Below, one piece after another: positions 25,250 to 33,822 of a stretch of 35,907 nt of DNA. Made by a program: the position numbers and the translations under genes. Source of the DNA: Solirubrobacteraceae bacterium (lineage in GTDB: Bacteria > Actinomycetota > Thermoleophilia > Solirubrobacterales > Solirubrobacteraceae); NCBI GenBank assembly GCA_032119675.1, contig JAUMBN010000062.1, positions 1 to 35,907 on the forward strand, given 5' to 3'. How positions within the stretch are numbered: position 1 is the first letter of the stretch; every line of letters starts with the position of its first letter. The notes under the pieces were generated by a model that was given only the letters and a program-made list of their open reading frames with translations, made no database searches and was not told the origin of the DNA.

Positions 25250-25271
25250 CCCTCGAGTTCAACGGGTGACA

Positions 25272-25345
<74 letters not shown>

Positions 25346-25357
25346 TCGTGGCATGCT

Positions 25358-27172
25358 GTGCGCATGACCACCGCGCAGTCCACCGGCACCCTCCTCTCCC
25401 GCAGGGACGTCCAGTTCCTTCTCTACGACTGGCTGGGGGCCGACGAGCTCGCCGGCCGCGAGCGCTTCGAGGGGCAGTCGCGGGAGCTCTACGACGACGT
25501 CCTTGGCCTGGCCGAGCAGGTCGCCACCGAGCAGTTCGCTCCCCACTACCGCACGGCCGACGCGCAGGAGCCCTACATAGGTGATGACGGGAAGGTCGTC
25601 CTGCCGCCCGAGGTCGAGCCGGCGCTCAAGACGCTGGGGGAGACCGGGCTTATCGGGGCCGGGATGAGCGAGGAGGTCGGCGGCATGCAGCTGCCGGCTG
25701 TCATCACCACCGCCGCCTTCTCCTGGCTCTACGCCGCCAACGTCCCTACCGCCGGCTACTCGCTCCTGGCTGCGGCGGCCGCCAACCTCCTGCTCGCCTG
25801 GGGCTCCGAGGAGCAGAAGGAGACCTGGGTCAAGCCGATCGTCGAGGGCCGCTTCTTCGGGACGATGTGCCTATCCGAGACCCAGGCGGGCAGCTCCCTG
25901 GCCGATATCACCACCCGCGCCGAGCCGCAGGAGGACGGCACCTACCGGATCTTCGGCACCAAGATGTGGATCAGCGGCGGCGACCACGAGATGGGCGAGA
26001 ACATCGTCCACCTCGTCCTGGCCAAGGTCCCGGGCGGCCCTCCGGGCGTGAAGGGCATCAGCCTCTTCATCGTGCCCCGGTTCCTCCTCGACGAGGACGG
26101 AAGCCCCGCCGAGCGCAACGACGTGGTCCTGGCCGGCGTAAACCACAAGATGGGATCCCGCGGCACCGTCAACACCGTGCTGGGCTTCGGCGAGGGTGAG
26201 TTCACTCCCGGCGGCGAGGCGGGCGCCGTTGGCTACCTCGTAGGCGAGGAGCATCGCGGCCTCATCTACATGTTCCACATGATGAACGAGGCCCGGATCG
26301 GCGTCGGCCTGGCGGCATCCACCCTCGGCTACACCGCCTACCTCAAGTCGGTCCAGTACGCCGCCGAGCGCCCGCAGGGCCGGACGATCACCGGCGACCG
26401 CAGCGGCCCGCAGGTGCCGATCATCGAGCACGCCGACGTGCGCCGGATGCTCCTGGCCCAGAAGGCCTACGCGGAAGGCGGGCTCGCGCTCGGCCTTTAC
26501 TGCTCGCGACTGGTCGACGAGCAGGAGAGCGCGCCCGACGAGCAGGCCCGCGAGCAGGCCGGGACGCTGCTGGAGATCCTCACCCCGATCGCCAAGAGCT
26601 GGCCCTCGCAGTGGTGCGTGGAGGGCAACTCGCTCGCAATCCAGGTCCACGGCGGCTACGGCTACGCCCGCGAATACGACGTCGAGCAGCACTATCGCGA
26701 CAACCGCCTAAACGCGATCCACGAGGGGACTCACGGCATCCAGGGAATGGACCTCCTGGGCCGCAAGGTGACGATGGAAGGGGGAGCGGCACTGGCCCTC
26801 CTGGCCGAGCGGATGAACGAGACGATCGCCCAGGCCCGCGCCGCGGGCGGCGAGGCGGCCGGGTTCGGCGACGCGCTCGAGGTGAGCCTCGCCCGACTGG
26901 TCGAGGTGACCGGGACGATCTGGGGCCAGGGCGACATCGAGCTGGCGCTGGCCAACGCGAGCATCTACCTCGAGGCCGCCGGCCACGTCGTGATGGCGTG
27001 GATCTGGCTCCAGCAGTACCTGGTCGCCGCCGGTGACGACGACTTCTGCGAGGGCAAGCGGCAGGCCGCGCGTTACTTCTTCCGCTGGGAGCTGCCGAAG
27101 ACAGACCCCCAGTTCGACCTGCTCGCGTCGCTCGACCGCACGACGCTGGACATGGAGCAGGCCTGGTTCTGA
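25358..27172 (+). CDS. long-form acyl-CoA dehydrogenase (FadE5-like, ~600 aa)
   Basis: 604 aa. Contains MCLSETQAGSSLADI, a central beta-domain and QVHGGYGYAREYDVEQHYRDNRLNAIHEGTHGIQ. The start is GTG 25358 or ATG 25364, only 13-19 nt after the degenerate tRNA copy. Confidence 0.88.
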   Translation: MRMTTAQSTGTLLSRRDVQFLLYDWLGADELAGRERFEGQSRELYDDVLGLAEQVATEQFAPHYRTADAQEPYIGDDGKVVLPPEVEPALKTLGETGLIGAGMSEEVGGMQLPAVITTAAFSWLYAANVPTAGYSLLAAAAANLLLAWGSEEQKETWVKPIVEGRFFGTMCLSETQAGSSLADITTRAEPQEDGTYRIFGTKMWISGGDHEMGENIVHLVLAKVPGGPPGVKGISLFIVPRFLLDEDGSPAERNDVVLAGVNHKMGSRGTVNTVLGFGEGEFTPGGEAGAVGYLVGEEHRGLIYMFHMMNEARIGVGLAASTLGYTAYLKSVQYAAERPQGRTITGDRSGPQVPIIEHADVRRMLLAQKAYAEGGLALGLYCSRLVDEQESAPDEQAREQAGTLLEILTPIAKSWPSQWCVEGNSLAIQVHGGYGYAREYDVEQHYRDNRLNAIHEGTHGIQGMDLLGRKVTMEGGAALALLAERMNETIAQARAAGGEAAGFGDALEVSLARLVEVTGTIWGQGDIELALANASIYLEAAGHVVMAWIWLQQYLVAAGDDDFCEGKRQAARYFFRWELPKTDPQFDLLASLDRTTLDMEQAWF

Positions 27173-29733
27173 GCCGGGTCAGCGACTTCGCGGACGGATC
27201 GGCCGACCAGCGCGAGCGGCTCGGCGGGAAGGGGGCGGGCCTGGCCGAGATGACGCGCGTGCTCGGGGCAGATCTCGTGCCTCCCGGCTTCACGATCACC
27301 ACCGACGCCTGCAACGAGTACATGGCCTCCGGCGGCCGGATGCCGGAGGGGCTCGAGGAGGAGGTTGCCGCGGCGATGGTGCGCCTTGAGGAGACGGCCG
27401 GCAAGCGGTTTGGCGACCCGGCCGACCCGCTGCTGGTGAGCGTGCGCTCCGGCGCCCGGGAGTCGATGCCCGGGATGATGGACACCGTCCTGAACCTGGG
27501 TCTCAACGACGAAAGTGTTGCCGGCCTGGCCGAGAGGACCGGCGACGAGCGCTTCGCGTGGGATTGCTACCGGCGGCTGGTCCAGATGTACGGGAACGTC
27601 GTGTTGGGAGTGCCGGGGGAGGAGTTCGAGCGGCTGCTCGACGAGGCCCGCGCAGACGCCGGCGTCCGGAGCGACTCCGAACTCGACGCCTTGCAGCTGC
27701 GGGATCTCGTCGGCCGGTTTCGCGGGCTCTACGACTTTCCCCAGGCCCCCGGCGAGCAGCTCGCGGGTGCGGTCCGCGCCGTCTTCGATTCCTGGCAGGG
27801 GGACCGCGCCGTCGCATACCGGCGCATCAACGGGATCCCCGACGACTGGGGTACCGCGGTCAACGTCCAGAGGATGGTCTTTGGCAATCGCGGCAGCGAC
27901 TCGGCGTCAGGCGTGGCCTTCAGCCGCGACGAGGTAACGGGGGAGCCGCACCCCTCGGGCGACTTCCTCGTCAATGCCCAGGGCGAAGACGTGGTCAGCG
28001 GGGCCCGCACCCCCCTCCACCTCGAAGGGCTGGAGGCACAGATGCCGGAGGTCTACGGGCAGCTGCTCTCAGCCCTTCAGACGCTGGAGCGCCATTACGG
28101 CGACATGCAGGACACCGAGTTCACCGTCGAGGACGGCCGCCTCTACATGCTCCAGACCCGAAGCGCCAAGCGCCCGGCCCAGGCAGCGGTCCGCTTCGCG
28201 GTCGACGCCGTCGAGGAGGGCCTGCTCGACCGCCGCCAGGCGCTGGCCACGATCGACGCCGCGAGCCTGGAGGCCCTTCTGCACCCAACCTTCGACCCTG
28301 CCTTTGACTACTCGGTGGTCACTACCGGCGTGGCGGCCTCGCCGGGAGCGGCCTCGGGCGAAGTGGTGCTCAGCGCTCCCGCTGCCATAGCCGCCGGCGA
28401 GGAGGGTCGCGACGTGATCCTCGTGCGCCGCTTCACCGAGGCCGACGATGTCGCCGGCTTCCATGCCGCGACGGGGATCCTCACCAGCGAGGGCGGCAAG
28501 GCCTCCCATGCCGCGCTGGTGGCCAGGGGCATGGGCCGTCCGGCGGTGACCGGGGCGGCGGCGGTGGAGGTGGACGAAGATGCCGGAGAGGTGCGCATCG
28601 GCGGACTGGTCCTGCGTTCAGGAGACCGGGTCGCCATCAACGGCACGACCGGCGAGGTGACCACCGACGAGGTTCCGCTCGTCGAACCGGAGGTGGGAAG
28701 CGACTTCGAGACGGTGCTGGGCTGGTGCTCGGATATCCAGCGGATGGAGGTCCGTGCCAACGCCGACAGCGGCGAGGAGGCACGGGTCGCCCGGGAGCTC
28801 GGAGCCGTCGGGATCGGCCTCTGCCGGACCGAGCACATGTTCCTGGGCGAGCGCCAGCCGCTGATGGCCGATGTCATCCTCGCCCACGGAATCGACGAGC
28901 GCGAGCAGCGCCTGGAGGCGCTGCGTGAGCTGCAGGAGTCTGACTTCGCAGAGATCTTCGAGGCGATGGACGGGCTGCCGGTGACGATCCGGCTGCTCGA
29001 CCCTCCGCTCCACGAGTTCCTCCCGCGTCCGGAGACGCTCGAGGAGGGCGAGCTGCGCGACCGGGTGACCGCGCTGCAGGAGGTAAACCCGATGCTCGGC
29101 ATGCGTGGAGTTCGGCTCGGGATCCTCTTTCCCGAGATCTACCGGATGCAGGCCCGTGCGATCTTCACCGCCGCCGTCAGGGTGCGTGAGAAGAGCGGGA
29201 CGCTTCCGCGGGTGGAGGTGATGGTCCCGCTGATCGACTACGAGAAGGAACTCGAGATCGCCCGCGGGATCATCGAGGAGGCCGGCGCGGAGTTTGGCCT
29301 CCGGGACGGAGTGGATTACCACGTCGGAACGATGATCGAGCTGCCCCGGGCCTGCCTGCTGGCCGGCCACATCGCCGAGCACGCCGACTTTTTCAGCTTC
29401 GGCACCAACGATCTCACCCAGACCGCGCTCGGCTTCAGCCGCGACGACATCGAGGCGCGGATCCTCTCCGGCTACATCTCCTCCGGGGTCCTCGACCGCT
29501 CGCCGTTCGAGACGATCGACGGCCCCGGCGTCGGGGAGCTGATCGCGATCGCCGCCGAGCGCGGCCGGGCGGCGAACCCCGCCCTTCACCTGGGGGCCTG
29601 CGGCGAGCAGGCCGGTGAGCCGGACTCGATTGCCTTCTTCGAGGGCGTCGGGCTCGACTACGTCTCCTGCTCGCCCTACCGGGTGCCGGTGGCGAAGGTC
29701 GCCGCCGCCCAGGCGGCAATCGCCGCCGATTAG
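27169..29733 (+). CDS. ppdK: pyruvate, phosphate dikinase
   Basis: Track ORF 27250..29733 has GFTITTDACNEY, the phospho-His motif GGKASHAALVARGMG and the PEP-utilising C-domain NDLTQ...CGE. The in-frame sequence upstream of 27250 (SRVSDFADGSADQRERLGGKGAGLAE) is the conserved PPDK N-terminus. That stretch contains no ATG, GTG or TTG, so I place the start at CTG 27169, which overlaps the ACAD TGA. Confidence 0.85.
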   Translation: MSRVSDFADGSADQRERLGGKGAGLAEMTRVLGADLVPPGFTITTDACNEYMASGGRMPEGLEEEVAAAMVRLEETAGKRFGDPADPLLVSVRSGARESMPGMMDTVLNLGLNDESVAGLAERTGDERFAWDCYRRLVQMYGNVVLGVPGEEFERLLDEARADAGVRSDSELDALQLRDLVGRFRGLYDFPQAPGEQLAGAVRAVFDSWQGDRAVAYRRINGIPDDWGTAVNVQRMVFGNRGSDSASGVAFSRDEVTGEPHPSGDFLVNAQGEDVVSGARTPLHLEGLEAQMPEVYGQLLSALQTLERHYGDMQDTEFTVEDGRLYMLQTRSAKRPAQAAVRFAVDAVEEGLLDRRQALATIDAASLEALLHPTFDPAFDYSVVTTGVAASPGAASGEVVLSAPAAIAAGEEGRDVILVRRFTEADDVAGFHAATGILTSEGGKASHAALVARGMGRPAVTGAAAVEVDEDAGEVRIGGLVLRSGDRVAINGTTGEVTTDEVPLVEPEVGSDFETVLGWCSDIQRMEVRANADSGEEARVARELGAVGIGLCRTEHMFLGERQPLMADVILAHGIDEREQRLEALRELQESDFAEIFEAMDGLPVTIRLLDPPLHEFLPRPETLEEGELRDRVTALQEVNPMLGMRGVRLGILFPEIYRMQARAIFTAAVRVREKSGTLPRVEVMVPLIDYEKELEIARGIIEEAGAEFGLRDGVDYHVGTMIELPRACLLAGHIAEHADFFSFGTNDLTQTALGFSRDDIEARILSGYISSGVLDRSPFETIDGPGVGELIAIAAERGRAANPALHLGACGEQAGEPDSIAFFEGVGLDYVSCSPYRVPVAKVAAAQAAIAAD

Positions 29734-29736
29734 GAT
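29731..29736 (+). promoter_or_regulatory. candidate -10 hexamer TAGGAT, 6 nt before GTG 29743 (leaderless arrangement); overlaps the ppdK TAG stop
   Basis: TANNNT-N6-start read directly from the sequence. Confidence 0.35.
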
Positions 29737-29742
29737 TGCCCG

Positions 29743-31104
29743 GTGGGCGAAGAGCGGGTCGAGACCGGTGTCGTCGTGGTGGGGGCAGGCATTGCCGGGC
29801 TGACCGCGGCCTGGGAGCTGGCCGAATCCGGCATTGAAGTCTGCGTGCTCGAGGCGCGCGACCGGGTGGGCGGGCGTACCTGGAACACCGAGATTGGTGG
29901 CCAGGCCAACGAGCTCGGCGGCCAGTGGGTGGGTCCCTACCAGGAGGCTGTGCTCGAGACGCTGGAGATGCTGGGGCTGGAAACCTTCCCCTGCTTTCGG
30001 GAGGGCAGCCACGTCTACATCGACCCGGAAGGGGAGGCCCACCGGTACGAGGGCGAGGAGTTCCCGTTCCCGCCCGAGACCGCCGCCGCCTACGGCGAGG
30101 CGCTCGCCCGCCTCGACGAGCTCGCCGCGCAGATGGACCCGGAGGCACCCTGGGAGCATCCCGACGCCGGGTCGCTCGACTCCATCACCTTCGAGAGCTG
30201 GCTGGCCGCCGAGGTCTCCGACGAGATGGCCCGCGACATGCTTCGCTCGATGCTCGCCGGCGGTTTTATCGCCAAGCCGGCGCAGAGCTTCTCCCTCCTT
30301 CAGGGCCTCTGGATGATCGCCGGGGCCGGCGGCACCTACGAGCTTTTCGAGCCCGAGCAATGCCTGGCCAGCCGTATTGTCGGCGGCTCGCAGATGATCG
30401 CGATCGGCCTGGCCGAGCACCTGGGCGACCGGGTGCGGCTGGGCTCGCCGGTCTCCTCGGTCTCATGGTCGGACGGCGGGGTGGTGGCCGAGGCGCCGGG
30501 GGTCACGGTCAGCGCCCGCGCGGCGATCGTCGCGGTCCCACCGAACATGACCAACGCGATCCGCTTCGAGCCCGCACTGCCAGGCTGGCGCCAGCGGCTG
30601 GCCCAGGACCTCTCACAGGGCTCGATCATCAAGATCCTCGCCGTCTACGACGAGCCGTTCTGGCGACGCGACGGGCTCTCCGGCCAGGGCTTCGGCCCGT
30701 ATCAGCTGGTCCGTGAGCTCTACGACAACTCCCCGCCGTCGGGCCGGCCCGGGGTGCTGGTGACCTTCCTCGCCGGGGAAGCCGCCGAGGTGGGGGCCCG
30801 GATGGACCCGGTCGACCGCCGCACCGCCGTCCTCGAAGGGATGGCCCGCTACCTGGGGGGAGAGGCGCTCAACCCGGTCGATTACATCGAGGTCGACTGG
30901 TCCGAGGAGGAGTGGACCCGGGGCGCATACGGCACCAGCTATGGAACCGGCGGGCTGACCCGCTTCCGCGACGACCTGCGCCGGCCCGTTGGGCCGATCG
31001 AGTGGGCCTGCTCCGACATAGCCGGAGCCGGGCACATTCACATGGAGGGCGCGATCCGCATGGGGCGCCGCGCCGCCAAGGCCTGCCTCGAGCGCCGGAG
31101 CTGA
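29743..31104 (+). CDS. flavin monoamine oxidase family protein (putrescine oxidase-like)
   Basis: 453 aa. FAD dinucleotide fold VVVVGAGIAGLTAAWELAESGIEVCVLEARDRVGGR, then GGQWVGP...WSEEEWTRGAYG...CSDIAGAGHIHMEGAIRMG. Length and block order agree with what I recall of Rhodococcus putrescine oxidase. Confidence 0.85.
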   Translation: MGEERVETGVVVVGAGIAGLTAAWELAESGIEVCVLEARDRVGGRTWNTEIGGQANELGGQWVGPYQEAVLETLEMLGLETFPCFREGSHVYIDPEGEAHRYEGEEFPFPPETAAAYGEALARLDELAAQMDPEAPWEHPDAGSLDSITFESWLAAEVSDEMARDMLRSMLAGGFIAKPAQSFSLLQGLWMIAGAGGTYELFEPEQCLASRIVGGSQMIAIGLAEHLGDRVRLGSPVSSVSWSDGGVVAEAPGVTVSARAAIVAVPPNMTNAIRFEPALPGWRQRLAQDLSQGSIIKILAVYDEPFWRRDGLSGQGFGPYQLVRELYDNSPPSGRPGVLVTFLAGEAAEVGARMDPVDRRTAVLEGMARYLGGEALNPVDYIEVDWSEEEWTRGAYGTSYGTGGLTRFRDDLRRPVGPIEWACSDIAGAGHIHMEGAIRMGRRAAKACLERRS

Positions 31105-31161
31105 GCGGCCGCCCGCACCCGACCCTGCCCGCCGTCCGGGAGGCCCTGCCACAATCGGGGG

Positions 31162-32061
31162 GTGGACCGCTCCGAGCTGGACAGGCGCCGCGCCGAGAGC
31201 CGCGCCCGCACCCGGCGAAACCGGCTGGTCGTCCTCTTCTCGCTGGCGGCGGTCGCCGTCGCCGTTGCCGTGGTGGTGATCGTCTCCGGCCCCGGCTCAG
31301 GCTCAGGCAACAAGGCCCAGGCCGGCCCCGACGCCTACCGGACGGTCCCGGAGAAGGCCGCTTCGAAGCCCGTGGCAGAACCGGCCGAGCCGGAGCCGCA
31401 GGGGCCGCCCCCCCAGCAGATCAAGCCGGCGGTTCCCGGCAAGGGCAAGGTCATCACCGAGGGCCCCTCGAGCGCCGGGCGCAAGGTCGCGCTGACCATC
31501 GACGACGGCACGTGCGCGAAGTGCGTCGACCGCATTCTCGACGTGCTCGAGCAGACCGGCGGCAAGGCGACGATCTTCCCCAACGGGGTTTACGCCTCCA
31601 GCTGGGAGCCCCAGGCGCAGCGAATCCGCAAGCTCGTCGCCAGCCGCCAGCTGACCCTCGGCAACCACACCTACAGCCACCAGGTCTCGACCCAGGTCGG
31701 CCCGGAGGCCTTCGGTGCCGACCTCCAGCGCAACGAGGACTGGATCCAGGAGACCTTCAAGCTCACCGGGCGCCCGTGGTTCCGCCCACCGTACGGCGAC
31801 CGCGACGCCTCGATCGACGCCGCCGCCGGCCAGCGCGGCTACCGCAAGGTGATCATGTGGTCGGGAACGGTCGCCGACTCCGACCCGCGCAGCGAGGCCT
31901 ACATTCTCAACGCGATCGACTACTGGGCAAAGCCGGGGGCGATCATCCTGATGCACGCCAACTACCCGGCGACCGGGAAGGCGCTGCCGAAGATCTTTCG
32001 AATGCTGGAGAAGCGCCGGCTCGAGCCGGTCACCCTGGCCGAGTTGCTCGGCAGCTCCTGA
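31162..32061 (+). CDS. membrane-anchored polysaccharide deacetylase (NodB homology domain)
   Basis: 299 aa. N-terminal TM LVVLFSLAAVAVAVAVVVIV, a Pro-rich spacer, then the NodB motifs VALTIDDG, LGNHTYSH and RPPYG. Confidence 0.85.
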   Translation: MDRSELDRRRAESRARTRRNRLVVLFSLAAVAVAVAVVVIVSGPGSGSGNKAQAGPDAYRTVPEKAASKPVAEPAEPEPQGPPPQQIKPAVPGKGKVITEGPSSAGRKVALTIDDGTCAKCVDRILDVLEQTGGKATIFPNGVYASSWEPQAQRIRKLVASRQLTLGNHTYSHQVSTQVGPEAFGADLQRNEDWIQETFKLTGRPWFRPPYGDRDASIDAAAGQRGYRKVIMWSGTVADSDPRSEAYILNAIDYWAKPGAIILMHANYPATGKALPKIFRMLEKRRLEPVTLAELLGSS

Positions 32062-32526
32062 TCAGGCGGCGAGCACTTCGCGCAGCTCCGCGGCCGCGGC
32101 GTCGGTGCGCCGGCCCTGCCGCAGCCAGCTGACCACCCCGTCGCGGTCGCAGAGCACGACCGCGATCTGGGAGCGGTCGGGGAGCCCCAGCGCGTCGGAG
32201 ACGCGGGAGACGTCGCCGTAGACGGTCAGCGTGCGGGCCAGCACCTCCGGGTCGCGGATGGCGGCCGCCATCCCGCCGTCGATGAAGCCGCGGGCCGGCG
32301 ACCACCGGCGCGAGATGACCGGGATCTCGTAGCTGCGCAGAGCCGGGTCGGCTGCCTCGGCGGCGGCGAAGTCCTCCAGCCAGCTGTCGACGTCGCCTTG
32401 GTGGTTGCGCCGGAAGGCGACGGCGAGGAGATTGCGATCGCCGCCCAGCTCGGAGGGGAGCATCAGGCGCCGGCCGTCCAGGGACCGGGCTTCGACTGCG
32501 GGGAAGTTGCGGACGATCGTGCCCAC
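32062..32526 (-). CDS. hypothetical protein, possibly thioredoxin-fold (no CxxC)
   Basis: 154 aa. FPAVEARSLDGRRLMLPSELGGDRNLLAVAFRRNHQGDVDSWL resembles the start of a redoxin-like fold but has no redox cysteines. The GTG start is preceded by TAGCCT-N7. Confidence 0.6.
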   Translation of the reverse strand: MGTIVRNFPAVEARSLDGRRLMLPSELGGDRNLLAVAFRRNHQGDVDSWLEDFAAAEAADPALRSYEIPVISRRWSPARGFIDGGMAAAIRDPEVLARTLTVYGDVSRVSDALGLPDRSQIAVVLCDRDGVVSWLRQGRRTDAAAAELREVLAA

Positions 32527-32533
32527 GCCCCAG

Positions 32534-32539
32534 AGGCTA
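32534..32539 (-). promoter_or_regulatory. candidate -10 hexamer TAGCCT, 7 nt before GTG 32526 (leaderless arrangement)
   Basis: The complement of aggcta, read directly from the sequence. Confidence 0.4.
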
Positions 32540-32565
32540 GGGGTGAATTGCCGCCGGGCGACGCG

Positions 32566-32571
32566 TACGAT
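32566..32571 (+). promoter_or_regulatory. candidate -10 hexamer TACGAT, 7 nt before ATG 32579 (leaderless arrangement)
   Basis: Read directly. It supports ATG 32579 rather than the track start at 32405. Confidence 0.4.
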
Positions 32572-32578
32572 CCGCGCA

Positions 32579-33670
32579 ATGAGTGAGGTTCTTCACGGAA
32601 CGCCCGCCGCCGACGGGCTGAGGATGCCCGGGGAGTTCGAGCCCCATGAGGCGACCTGGATGCTCTGGCCGGTGCGGCCCGACAACTGGCGCGACGACGC
32701 CGGCCCGGCCCAGGAGGCCTTCGCCCGGGTTGCCGAGGCGATCGTTGCGGCCGAGCCGGTGAGGATGGGTGTGCCGGCGGGGGAGATGGAGCGGGCCGCC
32801 TCGATGCTGCCCGCCGCGGTGGAGCTCGTGGAGATGGAGAGCGACGACGCCTGGATGCGCGACGTGGGGCCGACGGTCGTCACCGCCGAAGGCACCCGGC
32901 GCGGCGTCGACTGGGAGTTCAACGCCTGGGGAGGGGAGACCGGCGGCCTCTACTCGAGCTGGGAGAAGGACGAGGACGTGGCCCGGCAGGTGCTGGAGTT
33001 TGAGGGGATGGGACGCTACTGCGCCCCGCTGGTCCTCGAGGGAGGCTCTATCCACGTCGACGGCGAGGGGACCTGCCTGACCACCGAGGAGTGCCTGCTC
33101 AACCCCAACCGCAACCCCAAGCTCGGCCGCGAGGAGATCGAGCGTCACCTGCGCGACTACCTGGGCGTGACGAAGGTGATCTGGCTCGGGCTGGGCGTCG
33201 TCGAGGACGAAACCGACGGCCACGTCGACGACGTGGCCTTCTTCGCCCGGCCGGGAGTCGTTGGGCTGCAGTGGTGCGAGGACGAGTCGGACCCGCAGCA
33301 CGCAAGATCGGTGGACGCGCTCGAGCGGCTCCGGGCGGCACGCGACGCGAAGGGCCGCGAGCTGGAGATCGTCCTGCTCCCGAACCCGGGACCGCTGTAC
33401 ATGACCGGGGAGGAGGCAGGCGGGATCGAGCAGGCACCCGGCACGCTGCCGCGCCTGGCCGGGGAGCGGCTCGCCGCCAGCTACGCCAACTGCTACCTGG
33501 CCAACGGGCGCGTGATCGCGCCCCGGCTCGACGAGCGCACCGACGACGAGGCCTTCGCGGCGCTCGAAGCGATCTTCCCCGAGCGCGAGGTCGTGCCGGT
33601 GCCCGGCCGGGAGATCCTCCTCGGCGGCGGGAACGTGCACTGCATAACCCAGCAGGTTCCGGCCGGCTGA
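32579..33670 (+). CDS. aguA: agmatine deiminase
   Basis: Track ORF 32405..33670 trimmed to ATG 32579 (MSEVLHGTPAADGLRMPGEFEPHEATWMLWP...). It has WMRDVGP, EGGSIHVDGEGT, the HVDD region and the catalytic-Cys C-terminus GGGNVHCITQQVP. The upstream 58 codons are Arg-rich junk overlapping the divergent gene. Confidence 0.9.
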   Translation: MSEVLHGTPAADGLRMPGEFEPHEATWMLWPVRPDNWRDDAGPAQEAFARVAEAIVAAEPVRMGVPAGEMERAASMLPAAVELVEMESDDAWMRDVGPTVVTAEGTRRGVDWEFNAWGGETGGLYSSWEKDEDVARQVLEFEGMGRYCAPLVLEGGSIHVDGEGTCLTTEECLLNPNRNPKLGREEIERHLRDYLGVTKVIWLGLGVVEDETDGHVDDVAFFARPGVVGLQWCEDESDPQHARSVDALERLRAARDAKGRELEIVLLPNPGPLYMTGEEAGGIEQAPGTLPRLAGERLAASYANCYLANGRVIAPRLDERTDDEAFAALEAIFPEREVVPVPGREILLGGGNVHCITQQVPAG

Positions 33671-33734
33671 GGCCGTTCGGGGTGCCCCGGTGCTGCGGTG
33701 CCGGCCGAGCCCGCCTGCTGCCACAATGCCCCGC

Positions 33735-33822
33735 GGAGGGGTGGCAGAGTGGTCGAATGCACCGGTCTTGAAAACCGGCGTCCGGTAACCCCGGACCGCG
33801 GGTTCGAATCCCGCCCCCTCCG
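33735..33822 (+). tRNA. tRNA-Ser (anticodon TGA)
   Basis: GGAGGGGTGGCAGAGTGGTCGAATGCACCGGTCTTGAAAACCGGCGTCCGGTAACCCCGGACCGCGGGTTCGAATCCCGCCCCCTCCG. Anticodon loop CTTGAAA. The long variable arm forms a GTCCGG/CCGGAC stem. Confidence 0.93.

Noticed and set aside
22965-25271. Calling the tRNA-bracketed segment a bona fide integrative mobile element or genomic island
   Set aside because: No integrase, excisionase, transposase or conjugation gene is present. The segment is only 2.3 kb with one cargo gene. The second repeat is a full-length diverged tRNA copy rather than a clean 3'-half att duplicate. I report it only as a possible relic or duplication.
32405-32578. The longer aguA start at 32405 given in the track
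   Set aside because: The extra 58 codons are Arg-rich and non-homologous, and they overlap the divergent gene 32062-32526. ATG 32579 is preceded by TACGAT-N7 and begins the conserved deiminase N-terminus.
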